Shown in pieces: positions 1-13,132 of a stretch of DNA of 64,000 bases (position 1 is its first letter; each line of letters opens with the position of its first letter). Made by a program: the position numbers and the translations under genes. The DNA lies in the NCBI RefSeq assembly GCF_030684315.1, contig NC_081356.1, positions 20,795,197 through 20,859,196 on the forward strand, in the 5' to 3' direction. This DNA is from Stegostoma tigrinum. Its lineage: Eukaryota. The notes under the pieces are model-generated. The model was not told where the DNA came from and did no database searches. It saw only the letters and a program-made list of their open reading frames with translations.

Positions 1-299
1 AAAATAGTCAAAAATCAAGGAGTACAATGGGCTATTTTCTATTTACTGGAAAAAGACATACATTGGAAACAAAAAGATGACAGAAAGTTTTTAAAAGAGA
101 GATAAGTGATTATTTTTAATGCATTAATGGCTGGACAAACAAAATCCAAGGGAAAATTGTCACAATGTAGGAGGCACGTTTATGAGACAGGGCTGGGGGG
201 TTCTGCAGTTCACTGCCTGAAACAAAAGATATTCCTACAGCTTGGGCTTCCAGAAACTATGTCATTTCACTAACAAAAATTGCAAACAACCTTAGCAAC

Positions 300-1095
300 A
301 GCCTCTGTAATTTTGTTTCCTGTTTTGCCACAGGCTTAGTATTTGGAAAAAGACCTCCAAGCTGGAAATGGAAATTCTGTCTCTCCTGAGAAGTGAGAGT
401 TGGCTTTTGCTGAAGAAGTACCTGCAAGGATGTTAGTTCTTTCTGTTTTCCTGTGATTTAAAAAAATCACAGCTGAAGAAATAGCTGAGTGAAAGACTCT
501 CTGGAAATCAAACGAAGTTCCAGCAGTCAGTATCTCAGGTCTTTTAATTGACTTCAAAAGCTGAACTAATAACTCAATCCAAGGACATCGGTCTAACTGA
601 TTTTCCACTCAAACTGAAGGCTTTCATCTCTTTGTGACCAATTGCAACCAAATCATATTCAAAGGAATTCAAAGCAACTGTGTGAAGCCAACCTATTCAG
701 TCTTCTGCATTTACACTCTTTATCCACAAGAGGGTTATTCCTTTCTTTGTCTACTTTCCCAAATCCGTAATTGGCTGCAGAGGTGTGTTGTCCTATATTG
801 TCTATATATGAATGTGTGGATTCAGGAAAAGGATGATATAGTTTAGACTGCATCGTAGCTTATTTGATAACCAGTTTGGCAGTGTGTTTAAAGCATATGT
901 TTGTTTCTAATTAAATAGTTAATTATGAGTTTAGTGACAAAGCCTGGTAAACAAAATACTCTTTTCTTAAGGTAATATAAATAAAGAAATATAAATTGAT
1001 GATTTTGGAGATTAAAGGAGGCATTTGCATCTTTGCTGTGGATTTTGGTGCACCAGGCTTTGAGTTTCAGTGCACGCCTCCTCTCAGAAATTGAG
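300..1095 (+). mobile_element. LTR-like repeat (possible solo LTR), degenerate
   Basis: Non-coding, with AATAAA/T-rich U5-like layout similar to other LTR-like blocks here; termini not clearly seen. Confidence 0.3.
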
Positions 1096-1154
1096 AAAGA
1101 AAGCTATGATTTGACTCTGCCAAAACATCCCTGGCCAACCTCTCACATTCAATC

Positions 1155-1510
1155 CTTTGTGAACTTAAAGTCATTCAAAACTCTGCTGCCCATATCTTTC
1201 ATTTATAGTTAGTTCCATTTTCTCATTTCCCTAATGCTCACTGACCTACATTGGCTTTTTAGCCAAGTGTTTCCTCAATTTTAAAGTCACACTGATTTTA
1301 AATCTCTCCATAGCTTTAGTCCTTTCCATCTTGATCATTTCCTCCAACATCACAACACTCCAAGGGATCTGGTTCTGACCTCTTAAGTGTTCTCAAATAT
1401 AATCTCTCGTCATAACTGGCTGCACCATCAATTATCTAAGCCCCACACTCTGGAATTCCTTACTTGAACCTTACTGTCTCTATTCCACTTTTCCCTCCTT
1501 TTAAAACCTT
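1155..1510 (+). mobile_element. L2-type LINE, decayed 3' ORF2 fragment
   Basis: Translates to LKVIQNSAAHI...MLTDLHWL...FKSLH, typical of the L2 ORF2 C-terminus; probable 3' continuation at ~2750-2900. Confidence 0.6.
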
Positions 1511-1524
1511 TGCTGATTTTTCAT

Positions 1525-1905
1525 AATTGTTTGGAGCTGTGTGCTATCTACATGATACACTGCAGAAATTCAGCAAAGACCTTCAGACATTGCCTTCCAA
1601 ATCCATGACCACTTCCATGTAGAAGGACAAGGGCAGCAAATATATGGGAATGTCGCCACATTCAAATACCACCCCCCACAAGCCACTCACCTTCCACATT
1701 TGGAAATATGTCACCATTCTTTCACTGTTGCTGGATTAAAATCCTGGAATTCCCTCCCTAATGGCATTGTGAATCAATCTACAGCAGGTGGGCTGCAGTC
1801 GTTCAAGGAGGCAGCTATCCACCACATTCTCAAGGGCAGGTAGGGTTGGCCAATAAATACTGGCCAGGCTTGTAATGCCCATAACCCACAAATGAATAAA
1901 TAAAA
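1525..1905 (+). mobile_element. Non-LTR retrotransposon 3' end (same family as 35200-36990; clade uncertain)
   Basis: Matches the reverse complement of 35200-35830; ends in aatgaataaataaa tail. Confidence 0.65.
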
Positions 1906-1909
1906 CAAA

Positions 1910-2720
1910 GCTGCGAGCTGGAAATTGCAGTTGGGCTATGGGCAGCAGCTTGTGTCAAAAAGATAAACAAACGAGGTAATACTATTTTTGAGGCTAGGTC
2001 TGAAAGTTAATTGCATGTCAATTCTTAATCAAAGAGTTCCACAGATGTTTTGACTCCAGTGAAAGCTAGAGGTTTAACTAGATAGTAGATATTTGGCAAT
2101 TGACAAGATCAGCATCTGGGAATTGGTGCAGCAGGTTTGGAAGGGGGGATAAAATTGTCAAACAGAGCAGGAGCTTGTTTGAGCAAAGTATGAAAATTTA
2201 AAAGCTCCCTGTCTAATCTCCCATCATCAGCTATTGGAAGCTCAAAGAATAGAAACTAAGCTGTAAATATTACTGAAACTTCCTGAGGGAAGAACTGGAT
2301 ATGTGGGCCTGATTGATGTGTTCAGAAAATCAACCAGAAACATTCATATATGCCTTAGGAACAACATTTCATATAAATGGCTTAAATTATTTGACCAGTT
2401 TTTTTTATTTTGTTTTAATTTCTTAACTGCATTTGTCTATCTGTCTTTTGTGTGAGTGGCCCTGAAAGCAAAGCTTATTGGGTTTAGATCATGAATATTA
2501 ATTAGTTCACTTTTATATTTAATTTAGCTCTACTGAAGTTATTAAAGAAGAGTTATTCATAACTTGTTAGACATTTTGTTTAAATTGCAAATCTCATGTT
2601 CAGAATGAATTACTAACAAAGTCTGAGATTCATTATTCAAAAAAAGTATGGTTCGGAATCACTGGGCTCAACTTTGAGAGTCTTTGAAAGTTTTAGTTCT
2701 ACTGTCTTGCTAATACAAAG
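1910..2720 (+). mobile_element. LTR-like repeat, degenerate
   Basis: Sits between two parts of the L2 remnant; LTR-like composition. Confidence 0.3.
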
Positions 2721-3566
2721 GTAGAGTATCTATCTCTGTGTTGTCATATTCCTTTAAGCGAGCCCTTAAAATCAGCCTCATTAACTAAGATTTTGATCAC
2801 CATACCTAGTATTACTTTATTAATCTCACTGTCAAACTTAGTGTGATAATGGCCCTGTAAAGATTTGAGGCTTGATATTATATTAAATTTGTCACATCGT
2901 TTATATTTCCACTTCAGCTATTCTAAAGATATCCTTGTTATTGCCTTTCACATAGCTCAGACTGCTACTATTCATGTCAAAATGGTGCTATTGGCAAAAC
3001 CCAGATGTGCTCAAGTATATTCTCTGAGGCCATGAACAGCTCCCTTCACTGAAAGGCAGTAACATATTTTTATTTATTTCTGATACATGAGCATCACTGG
3101 TAAGACCAGCATGTGTTAACTATCTCTCAGTGCAAGAACCTTCCACAAAACATAATTCAGCCGCAACATTCCACCGTAAGTGCCACTAGGACAATCAGAG
3201 GCATATGGAAGATAAGCAGTAAATGAATACACAAATGTGATTATGATTGAATTTGGATGCAATACATCATGATCTCCTTTATAAAATTGACATTTACTCA
3301 AGCATTGTGATCAGGTACACAATGTGACAGATGGAAGCTAATGTGTAGGATTGCTGACAAATGGAGAATTGGGGTTGTGATTACCAGTATTGCAATCAAA
3401 TCAGTTCTTAGTGGTCAGTCAAGCTGAAAGGGGTTGTCTAGTTTTCCTCTTATCTTCCTCTGACCCCTCTTCAGCATCCACTTCTTCCCTTTCACTTGTT
3501 GCTCTAGCTTCTCAGCTTGTCACTTTATGGCCGGGGGCGAGGGCTCTCCCATCATAACACCGTGAA

Positions 3567-3960
3567 ATGTAAGAACATATGTGGGCCGTTCAGCCCATTG
3601 AGTTCCCTCTACCATTCAATGAGATCATGGTTCATCTGGCATTTATCAACTTCACTGCCCTTCCATTTCTTCATAATCAATGATTTCCCCATTGTTTAAA
3701 ACTCCAGCATTCAAGAGATTAACAGAAGAAATTAACAGAAGATTGACAGAAGGAATCCCTCCTCATCTCTGTCTTAACTGGATGACCCCTTACTTGGAGA
3801 TTATGTTCTCTGATGTACAAGATGAAATAACCTCTTTGCATCTAGCCTGTAAAGCCCTCAAGAATATTTTTGTTTTTCAATAAGGTGTTCTCTTTCTTCT
3901 AACGTCAAATGAGTACAGACTCAACCTACTCAAACTCGCCTCAGATGAAAATTCCTTCCA
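3567..3960 (-). mobile_element. CR1 LINE 3' fragment
   Basis: aagaacat...ggccgttcagcccattgag CR1 3' UTR (reverse) plus decayed ORF2 end. Confidence 0.65.
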
Positions 3961-4944
3961 TGTCCACTAAAAGCAGGTGACAGTAATTGGGCATGAAGTG
4001 TTGAAAATGTGCCAGTCTTGTGGAAGTTGTCAAAGTTACTTCTTTTCACTAATATCCATCAATCTGTCAAATAAAGTTAACAAACACAACCAAACTAAAA
4101 GCTACAAAACTGCACTGAAGCTGAGTGAATACTGTCTCTTAAAAGAAATGCACAAGAGGTGTTGCTGACTGACCGCTTCCAGGATACTGAGCAATGATCT
4201 GCACAATTCTCTGCCTACAGTCACAAAATCAGCTGGATGTTGAGAGGATGCAGTCCCTTTCAGTTCTGCTACATGTGATGTGCATGTAGTAAATGGTACA
4301 CTGCAACATATGGAAACTTACAATCCAAGCTCAAAAGAGGAATAAAACGTAGTCAGTTTTCTTTAAATTGAGAACATAAGTAATTTCTTTTTATCAACAG
4401 TGGATGACAAATTGTGAGATGTTGCTAATATTTCCAGATTGAGTTTGGAAAAGAAAAATCAGTCAGTAAAGATTGACCATCACAATCTTCACAAACATTA
4501 GCAAAGCTCCCCTTTATCCACTCCGAGTTGTAGCTGCAGCATTTCGCATATTTCCTTATTGATGGATAAATAACTGTAACTCTCTGAGATTCAGCTTTAA
4601 GAATTATTGCCTGAATGGGGATAACGCACCCTCCTGTTAAAAGCCCGTCTTTCCTTCTTTCTCTATCTGATCGTAGTTTGTCTAGCCTCGTTTTATCTCT
4701 GCTCTTTCTCCCTGCTATCTAACAGGCCAAAGATGAATATGACTGCACTCATGTCTAGGAGCAAGTGAGAGTGGAAAATGTCATTTCTAGTCAAGGAACA
4801 TTTGTTGGAGCATGCATTCTTCAACAACTCTTCAAGTTGCCTGGCAAGCAACTGCAGAACTGGCAAGCAACAGAGAACTCCTGCCCTGAACCTTTTTCTT
4901 GTGGGTGAGATATTCAAAAGGATAGCATTGTAGGAGACTTAGAG

Positions 4945-5412
4945 ACAATGCAGCACAATAGATACCTTTCAGCCCATCAGGTCTGCACCAACCTATCTCC
5001 ACTCATCCCATTTTCCAGCAGCTCACACACAGCTTTGAATGTTACATTTCAAGTGCTCATTCAGGTATTATTTTAAACGTTGTGAGGTTTACTACCTCTA
5101 CTATCCTCCCAGGTAGTGCATTCCAGATTCCCATCACCCTCTGGGTGAAATTTGTTTGTGAAAAACTCCCTCTAATCCTCCTGCACTCCGCCTTAAAATT
5201 ATATCCCTCATTATTGACCTTTCAACCAAGGGGAATAGCTGCCTCCTACTCAGCCTATTCGTGCTCCTCGTAATTTTGTAAACTTCAGTCAGGTCAACCC
5301 TCAACTCTCTCTGGTCTAAAGAAAACATCCTGAGCTTGTCCAACCTCTCTTCACAGCTAAAATGTTCCAGCTCAGGCAACATCCTGGTGAATCTCCTCTA
5401 GTGCAATCACCT
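4945..5412 (-). mobile_element. CR1 LINE 3' fragment
   Basis: ORF 5134-5382 MLPELEHFSCEERLDKLRMFSLDQRELRVDLTEVYKI is the CR1 ORF2 C-terminus. Confidence 0.85.
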
Positions 5413-6259
5413 CACTGCACATTATTAATTCGGACACCTTCCTTTGTCAGAATTTATTCACCTCTCCAGGGATTTTTTTAGCATGTAGTTAGGAATTGTT
5501 AATAATAAAATATATTTCCCTGAAGAGCCATTTTATGACAACCTTGCTAATAAGGTAAAAATAATTTGGAATGAAAAGACAAATAATAATGAGCCCACTA
5601 TTTTTATTCAGTAAATATAGACTTCTGGAGCCTATCACTTTGACTATAAGCCTTTATTTAGAATAATGTGATGTAGTTGATACACATGAAGGCACAAGAC
5701 TGTACCACAGAATTTTAACTGCTTTCTAGAAAGTGTTTATTATTTACAATTAAAAATTAACAGACACTCAGTTAGCTAGACTCAGTAAACTATATGCTTA
5801 TGAATTTGTTACTTTAACACAGAACAATAAATCACCATTTAGCTCTTTAAAACAACTAATAATGATTGTTACAGAGCATGCATATTGTGCAAGTTGGATA
5901 ACAGGCAACATTTCATTCATTGCAAACATTCATGTTATGATGGACATTGTGCAGATTCATCTTTGCACTGTACATTCCTCTTTGGAAATTCAACTCAACT
6001 CAAATTAGAGTGGAATTATATTTTATTTGTGTCATGTAAGATGAACAAGGAAAGAAGTATGGTACTCGCTCCATCCTGGGCTATAGAATACCCTTTGATA
6101 TTAAGGTCTCTCCAGGTCAGAGTTCTGTCTGCTCAGCAGTCATTAATATTGTTGGCTGCATTACGTCTGCATTGTGAGGGAGAGGACATGTCCCTGTTGA
6201 AGTGCACTCAAAGGGCCAGAGAGATTTTGTTTTATGTGCTGAGGTCAGGCAAGAAAGTC

Positions 6260-6622
6260 TAGGAGGCATCAGGGCCTTCAGAATGACCATTAACTCTGGA
6301 GGTTGATCTGTGGGAAAGTAAGACACCTTGGAAAATCACCAGAAGACTTCCTTGCTGTACCTGATGGAGTTTGACATGGCAAAAGGCTGTTCTGATACTG
6401 ATAAAGTGCCTGCAGGAACACAAAATGGCTGATAATAAGCATTTAATTATCTTAATTGGATTGTTTCTCCTCTGAGGGTGCCAAGCTGCTGCTCTTCTCG
6501 TCTTTCGCAATAGCATTTGGCAGTAGTAAGGCATCAGGATTCCTTCCAGAACCTTCTGCTTTCATTTAACCAGCCTCTCAACCTCCCAGCCCACCTCCAG
6601 GAATCAGATAGAATTTTGGCTA
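6260..6622. mobile_element. Possible non-autonomous DNA transposon remnant (Harbinger-type end)
   Basis: Ends in aattttggc, resembling the 27180-27527 end; no coding signal. Confidence 0.25.
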
Positions 6623-7496
6623 ATCTATTAGTTAAGTGTAAATGTTGTCACCAAGCACAAAGGTAATTTAAACCTTTTTTCATAATCCCTATCTTTAAGG
6701 GATGAAATAGGTCTAAAACCTCAAAATATTAATTTATTTTTCCAATAACAGTATGGTTTTCAATGTTTCTTGATACCTAGTAATGAACCTCAAATGTAAG
6801 AAAGAATGCCAATAGATTGATAAAACTATTCTTCGTTGCTATCCTGTTTAACCAACTGGACAAGTCACATGTGATTTTGCATCCAGCAGTAATGAAACAG
6901 TTAACTGAACTCTTGAAATTTCAAGTCCCACTCGAGACAGCATGACCAGAGCTGGATATGCAGACGGAGAACAATACTGTACCACAACATCTTTAAAAGA
7001 ATGTAATTATCATAATCTGTCCTGACCCATCACTGATTCAACATTTTTGCATTCACCTCAGATGCCTGTGCACATTGGAACAATGGAATTGGTTAACGTC
7101 AGAAGGAGAAAATCTGTGAATGTTGATGTGACTGATTTGGCCAGAGACATAGTTATGTCTTATTGGAAAAGGGATTTTGAGAAAGGCACACAGATTACAT
7201 GTTAAGGTTAGGAAGAATAGTCAGAGAATCAAGACAGATATTAAAAACATTCAGGAACATTTTTGGCGGGGTTCATATTACTTGACATCTTGATGTAGTT
7301 CTGTTAAGATATGATAATGTTGAAACACAATGCATGTTTATCACTCTATTTTGTTCTGAGCAGGCTTATTTGTTTCAATGTGTTAAATACTGTACTAATT
7401 TATTTACTGATGGTTATTCTGAACTTCATTTATTGATTATTGGTTTGCATATACCTGTACCACATAATGAAGTGATACATTTTACTTTGGACATGG

Positions 7497-8252
7497 TGTA
7501 GTGACTCAACTTCAGCATGAACCGAGGAGGTGAGAAATGTTCATCATACTAAAAATAACGAACAAAGAGGAAGGACAATGATATAATAGACTTCAGGACT
7601 TTAATAATTATTCATGGACTGAATGAATCAACAAGAGATAAACTATTACGCACAACAATAGCTCTATCTGGAATAAACTGTTAAGGAACGAAGACAAACA
7701 GAGGCTCAAGCAATTAGCCATGTCTTGGAAGATTAAATAAACAAAACTGCTTTGGTATATGATTGATAAACTGCACGCTTTATTGCGACTAGGACAACTG
7801 ATTGTCCTGCAGAAGAATTTAAGGAGTTAACTACAGGAAAGCTGTGTCTTCCAACAGACAGTCAATGTCAAATGTAACAAGAAACATATAAATTACTTTT
7901 GATAAGGAAGCCAGTTGCAGTAATTTGGAAGAAAGGATTTTTTTAAAAATCAGTAATATATCAGCTCAGAGGCCAAAGGATGAAAATCTGTGTTAGAGTT
8001 GAACACCAGGTCTCCACCCCAACACTGCAGAAGGACAGAACCCTGGTAACTTCCAGAGGCAGACCACAGTTAGTTGAAGCTATTGATTGGGTAATACCTA
8101 AAATGGATAGCAGGCTTATATTTGCTTACTTGTGGGTTCTTTTATTTGGCTGCTACATGTAACAAAATTTGAATTACTGTTTCAGTACTTGATTGTGCGA
8201 TTTCTTAATAACAGCTGAATTAAAGGTAACTTGTGATGATTTACTCACAACA
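7497..8252 (+). mobile_element. Putative solo LTR
   Basis: Begins tgtagtgac, ends cacaaca (TG...CA); non-coding. Confidence 0.4.
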
Positions 8253-8569
8253 CAGGAAAATAGAGTTAAGAATGCAATCAGACCAACCATGATCTTATCG
8301 ACTGATGGGGTAGGCATGAGGGGTTAAATGATTTTCCTCATATTATTGAAGCTTTTATTCTATACTGACAAAGATTTGTGGGCCATCTATACTGTAACAG
8401 GTAACACTGCATTTTTTGAAAAGCATGTGATCAGGTACCTGTGAATATATGTGAATTGTGCCACTGAAGTGAAGGAGCATGAACTCCATGCATGTTTTTT
8501 AAAGGCTGGTAGATTGAAAATTCTAAAATTAGAGAAAAATCTAATAGGGTAGAAGTTCATTCCATGCAA

Positions 8570-8720
8570 TTTACAACCCTAAAAATATTATGCCTGCCGG
8601 GGCTTAAGGCATCTCAAAGCATTTCAAAACAGTTAAGTAAAATCAGTGTGATATTACAGGGAAAACACAGCTGCAGGATTGCATTTGGCAAGTTCCAAAA
8701 ATATTGATAAGATAAATGGC
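8570..8720 (-). mobile_element. Deu-domain SINE fragment, old
   Basis: Weak reverse match to the 40170-40312 sequence. Confidence 0.35.
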
Positions 8721-8769
8721 CAAACAATGGGCTTCAGAATATCCCCAATGTCTCCAAATGTAGTTATGT

Positions 8770-9150
8770 CCATTTGACAAGTCTATACAAAGAAGTTCCT
8801 CTTCGTGTCAACTTCGGTTATGTTGCCAATCGTTTTAAATTAGTGTCTTCTGATTCTCAGCCATTTCTCCACACTTATGCTATATGGACTTCTCAAAGTT
8901 TTGAACACCTCTGCCACATCTTTTCTGAACCTTCTACACTCTTAAATAAAACTCCATCTTCTTCAAATTATCCATGAAACTGGTTCCTCAGGTCTGGAAA
9001 TTTTGTTATAAATCTTTTCCACACATTTGTAAAACATTAGCTACACCTCCCTCAAGGTGTGCTGCCCAGAATTGGACACAATGCTCATATTGAAGTTGAA
9101 CCATAACTTTAGAAAAGATCACAATCACATCCTTACTGCTGCATTCTGTA
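8770..9150 (-). mobile_element. CR1 LINE fragment, old
   Basis: ORF 9006-9191 VMVQLQYEHCVQFWAAHLEG resembles CR1 LVRPHLEYCVQFWSP. Confidence 0.7.
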
Positions 9151-10074
9151 GGCAGAGTCTTACAGAGTTCTGAGTGACATGGGTTATGCAAAGACTTATG
9201 GTGGAATTGGACAAGGGTCCGTCAAGGCCCATGTTGGGGTAATATCTCATCGCATCCATCATGTATTTGCCAAACAACAAGGTGAATTTCTCACTCGACA
9301 GCAAAGAAACACAGTTTATACAACTCCTAAGGCTGTTTGAGTGGAGACCATCCCTTCATCAACTGTTATGCAGGTTCAACAATGCCAACATTTGGTTTAT
9401 ATTGTGAGGATGAACTGAAGCTTCTATTGATTCTGTTTTGTGTTCCGTTTAGTTGACGACAGATAGAAAATCATTCTTAGAATTATCCGATTGTTTGCCT
9501 GTTTGTAATGTTCACCTGTTCGAAAATTATAAGTTGCATGTTTGGAGTGGGCATTCAAGATGGAATAACGATGATCTAGAGAGAGTGTTTAGATGGGATG
9601 GAGCTAAGAACAAGCGAAGTGTGTGGCCTCACGGTTAAACAATCTCTGTTGTGAGTGATCAGATTTAATGTGTTCATCCAGCTTCACGCTTTGTTATTAT
9701 GAGTGAATGGGGTTGTATGTGCAAGGGAGTGCAAACAATGTTGGTGAAGCAGCATAACCAGTGTGATTTTGCAGCTGCTGTGCCATTATGTTGCTGAATT
9801 CACAGCATCTTTTTAAAGATTCTTGTCTGCATGGCTTGCCAGTCTTTCAGCAGATATGTGGCCAATGGAGAATTGTTCTGGGGATGGGGTGTAGTAAGAT
9901 GGGAATAGAATCGGACATGAGAGGTGTCACAGGGACAGAATTGATAGTTAATCAGAGGTTTTTGTTAAGATGATAGGAGAGAACTTGTTGGGTCTGAAGG
10001 TGAGAATCCTTTCAAAAAATTTGACACAACTCATACATAGCCAAAAAAGCTAAGATTCTGCTTAACGTATCTTT

Positions 10075-10460
10075 ATTGTGTTATTCATACACGGGATATG
10101 GGTGTCACTGGCTAGGCCAAGTTTTATTACTTAGTTGCCCAGTAGGCATATAAGAGTCAACTATTTTGCTGTGGGCCTGGAGTCACATGCATGCCTGACC
10201 AAATGAGAATGGCAGATTTCCTTCCTGAAAAGACGTGAACAAACCAGATAGGATTTTCCAACAATCAATGGAAATTTCATGGTCATTGTTAGATTCTTTC
10301 TTCCAGACTTCTATTGAACCAGTTGGCTCATTGAACCAACATTGTGTAGTTGATTTTTCTATTGAATGAGAGCCATTAGTACCATTGATCAAATGTGTGT
10401 CATGGATGACTTTATGGGATCCTGATTTCCTGGGACCTGTATCCATCAATGCTCCACTGA
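10075..10460 (-). mobile_element. tRNA-derived SINE sharing its tail with the 35200 LINE family
   Basis: Same family as 11846, 18725, 23860 and 47745 copies (ggagtcacatg...ggcagatttccttcc). Confidence 0.7.
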
Positions 10461-10479
10461 AAACTGTTCACGTGATGGC

Positions 10480-11192
10480 AACTGTCCAGTGCAGACCAGA
10501 CTTAAAAAATTCCAAATGATCCATATCCACAACAGGAATGTTGCAACAGAAGCAGCAGCAATGCTGAACAGACCCTGGTTATTTTAACAAATGTTCCTCG
10601 ACCTTGTTAATTTTAATCTGTGGCCATCTGGAAGAAGACTCAAATATGCTCCACTTTCTTCAAATATTATTGAAAACAGCCGTCAGTTGAAGGAATGCAC
10701 TCCATTCCCAACTTTCTGTACTTCAATAATTTTGAAATTGTTTGATTTTTGCAATCCAAAGCCATTCCTGCTCTTGGCTCAGTTCCAAGCATGTACATTA
10801 ATAATAGCTAACGCTGTGGTAAGACATTGACACAAAGAAATTTCTTTTCATTCACTCATTCACTTACTCACTCACTCACTCCTGTGTTTCTTTATCTGTA
10901 CATGTGTTTATGTGTATATATTGGGGATTTTTAAGGGAATTAGCATTTTACTGAGTTGAGTTATATGCTTACAGTTCTTAATTATTTTACCTGTAGGTAA
11001 AGGCTAACTAATTGCAATCGATAGTAATCTCTGTTAAGTACCAGGAAAATTGGAGTGTGCTCTCTGTCAACCTGGTTCTGAAAGTAGCAACTTGGGGAAT
11101 CTTTGTGTAGTTTGTAATATTTTCAATTTAGTGATGACTTCTAGAAAGGCAGGGCTTAACTGCCTGTGTTACCCCACTGAGGTACTACAACA
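10480..11192 (+). mobile_element. LTR-like repeat containing (ACTC)n
   Basis: Ends ...gtactacaaca; ACTC repeat at ~10850-10881. Confidence 0.35.
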
Positions 11193-12132
11193 ATGCCAAC
11201 TGAATGCTATTTATGAGCAATACTTCATTATTACGCTGCAAAGGCCAAAATATCTTTTGCTTGCTTCGTGATGAATGTTAATACGCAAGAGAACACCGCT
11301 AGAGGAATTTTAGTGGGTGGATGAAATGTTGAAGGATGTTTCCTACAAAGGTTAGGGAAGCAGTTGCTTGGATTGGAATGCATGATTTTTTAATTCTGTT
11401 TCAAGCAAAGTCTCTGATCTTGCAACAATCTAAATTGGCCTGGCAATGATACCTCATCTTCATCTTTCTCCTGCTCCAGCAGGTTCTTCTAATCTGAAAA
11501 TTAGTGAAGTGAGCTCCTTAATTGTCTTTCATCTTCATCTTTCCCTGCTGCACGATATTGGTTCAGACATGTCTTATGCCCTTGACCTCTTCAACATTCT
11601 ACTTCTTTGCTTGATACCATCCCATGCATTTTTATAAACTGTTTTGGAGTACTCCTGTATCTTAATGAAGGTTTTATTTTGTTTTCACATATGCCAGCAG
11701 CTATTCTGAAGTGTACATCCCACATCTTCCAGAAACTAGTTTTTACGTTTGTTTCCTGCAATGTAAAGGCTTGAATTGTTCAATGTCCTCAGTATCAATG
11801 CATAATTCTGACTCTCAAGGAATCTAGTAAAGATCTCACCTTTTCTAATTCATTCACTGGATGTGGACGTTGCTGAGTAGGGCAATAGTTATGACTCACC
11901 CTTAACTGCCAAGAATGCAGTTAAGATTAAACTGTATTACTTTGGGTCTGGAGTCATATGTAGGCCAATTCAGGTAAAGACAGCAGATTCCTTCCCTAAA
12001 CTAATGTCAGTGTACCACTTGGTTTGTCCAACAATGGTTTCATGGTCATCATGAGATCCTTGCTTTCAGATTATTGTTGAATTCAAATTCTCTCTGCCAT
12101 GATGGGGTTCAAGCTGAGTCTCCAGAACATTA

Positions 12133-12361
12133 GAAGATAATAAAATGTGAGGCTGGATGAACACAGCAGGCCAAGCAGCATCTCAGGAGCACAAAAGCTG
12201 ACGTTTCGGGCCTAGACCCTTCATCAGAGAACTCTCTGATGAAGGGTCTAGGCCCGAAACGTCAGCTTTTGTGCTCCTGAGATGCTGCTTGGCCTGCTGT
12301 GTTCATCCAGCCTCACATTTTATTACCTTGGAATTCTCCAGCATCTGCAGTTCCCATTATC
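12133..12361 (+). mobile_element. Neptune-like PLE inverted mini-insertion (hairpin)
   Basis: Arms 12134-12230 and 12233-12329 are reverse complements with one mismatch; tail to 12361; TSD tctccagaacatta at 12119-12132 and 12362-12375. Confidence 0.92.
12233..12266 (+). ncRNA. Minimal type I hammerhead ribozyme motif (mirror copy on the minus strand in the left arm)
   Basis: CTGATGA(12236)-a-GGG tctagg CCC-GAAAC-GTC(12261-12263); palindromic acgt stem III as in dimeric PLE hammerheads. Confidence 0.8.
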
Positions 12362-12609
12362 TCTCCAGAACATTACTTGGGTTTCTGGATTAACTAGCCC
12401 AGCAATAATACCTTTGGACCATCACCTCCCCAATGAACACTTTTCTTGCAATTGCATACCACAGACAGGTTAATTGACACATACTTTTCACAGTCTGTAA
12501 GAGCTCCTGGTTGCTGAGGTGATTGATGCATTGTTGGCAACTTATATCCATCGGAACCCAGCCCCTGTAATTCTGCCTGTAGTTATCACAGGGAAAATAC
12601 ATATTATAT

Positions 12610-13115
12610 ATTTGCATTTCTGGAATTGACATCGAAGAAGGGATGTAATTGGAATTGAGAGGGTACAGAGGACACTTATTAGGATATTGCCTTGGTTAGG
12701 ATGTTGTTGTAATGCAAAGAAATGGAATAGAGTGGGCTATTTTCCTTGGAGCTGAGGATATTGAAGGGGGATAGGACTGATTTGTATAAAATTAAGAGGG
12801 GCATAGATAAGGTGGATAGGAAGGAAATTTTCCCTTTGCAGGAGGGATTAATGACTAAGGGACTTAGATATAAAGTAAGAACAAGGAGATTTAGAAGGGA
12901 TGTGAGGAAAGCCTCTTCACCCAGAGTTTGTTGGGAATTTGGAACTCATCTGCTTGTAATCGTTAAAGTATTTAGATGTGCACTTACAATGCAAAGGCAA
13001 ACAAGGCAATGGGCCAACGGCTAGAAAATCAAACAAGAATGGATAGGTGCTTACCTTTGATTGGCACAGGTTCAATGAGATGAAGGACTGTTTCCTGTGC
13101 TGTAGACATTTAAGG
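12610..13115 (+). mobile_element. CR1 LINE 3' fragment
   Basis: ORF 12746-13024 ELRILKGDRTDLYKIKRGIDKVD...; CR1 3' UTR ggactgtttcctgtgctgta. Confidence 0.85.
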
Positions 13116-13132
13116 CTCTGAAATAATAAAAC

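Larger units (their letters stand above)
11846..12430 (-). mobile_element. tRNA-derived SINE, host of the PLE hairpin at 12133
   Basis: Family match on both sides of the insertion; continuity restored across the TSD. Confidence 0.75.

Noticed and set aside
12236-12263. C/D-box snoRNA suggested by TGATGA/CTGA
   Set aside because: CTGATGA is followed by a stem and GAAAC-GTC, which fits a hammerhead core; no C-to-D box layout
12133-12361. DNA-transposon MITE or pre-miRNA
   Set aside because: Arms match the PLE 3' end, only one side has a tail, and TSD length varies, which points to retrotransposition
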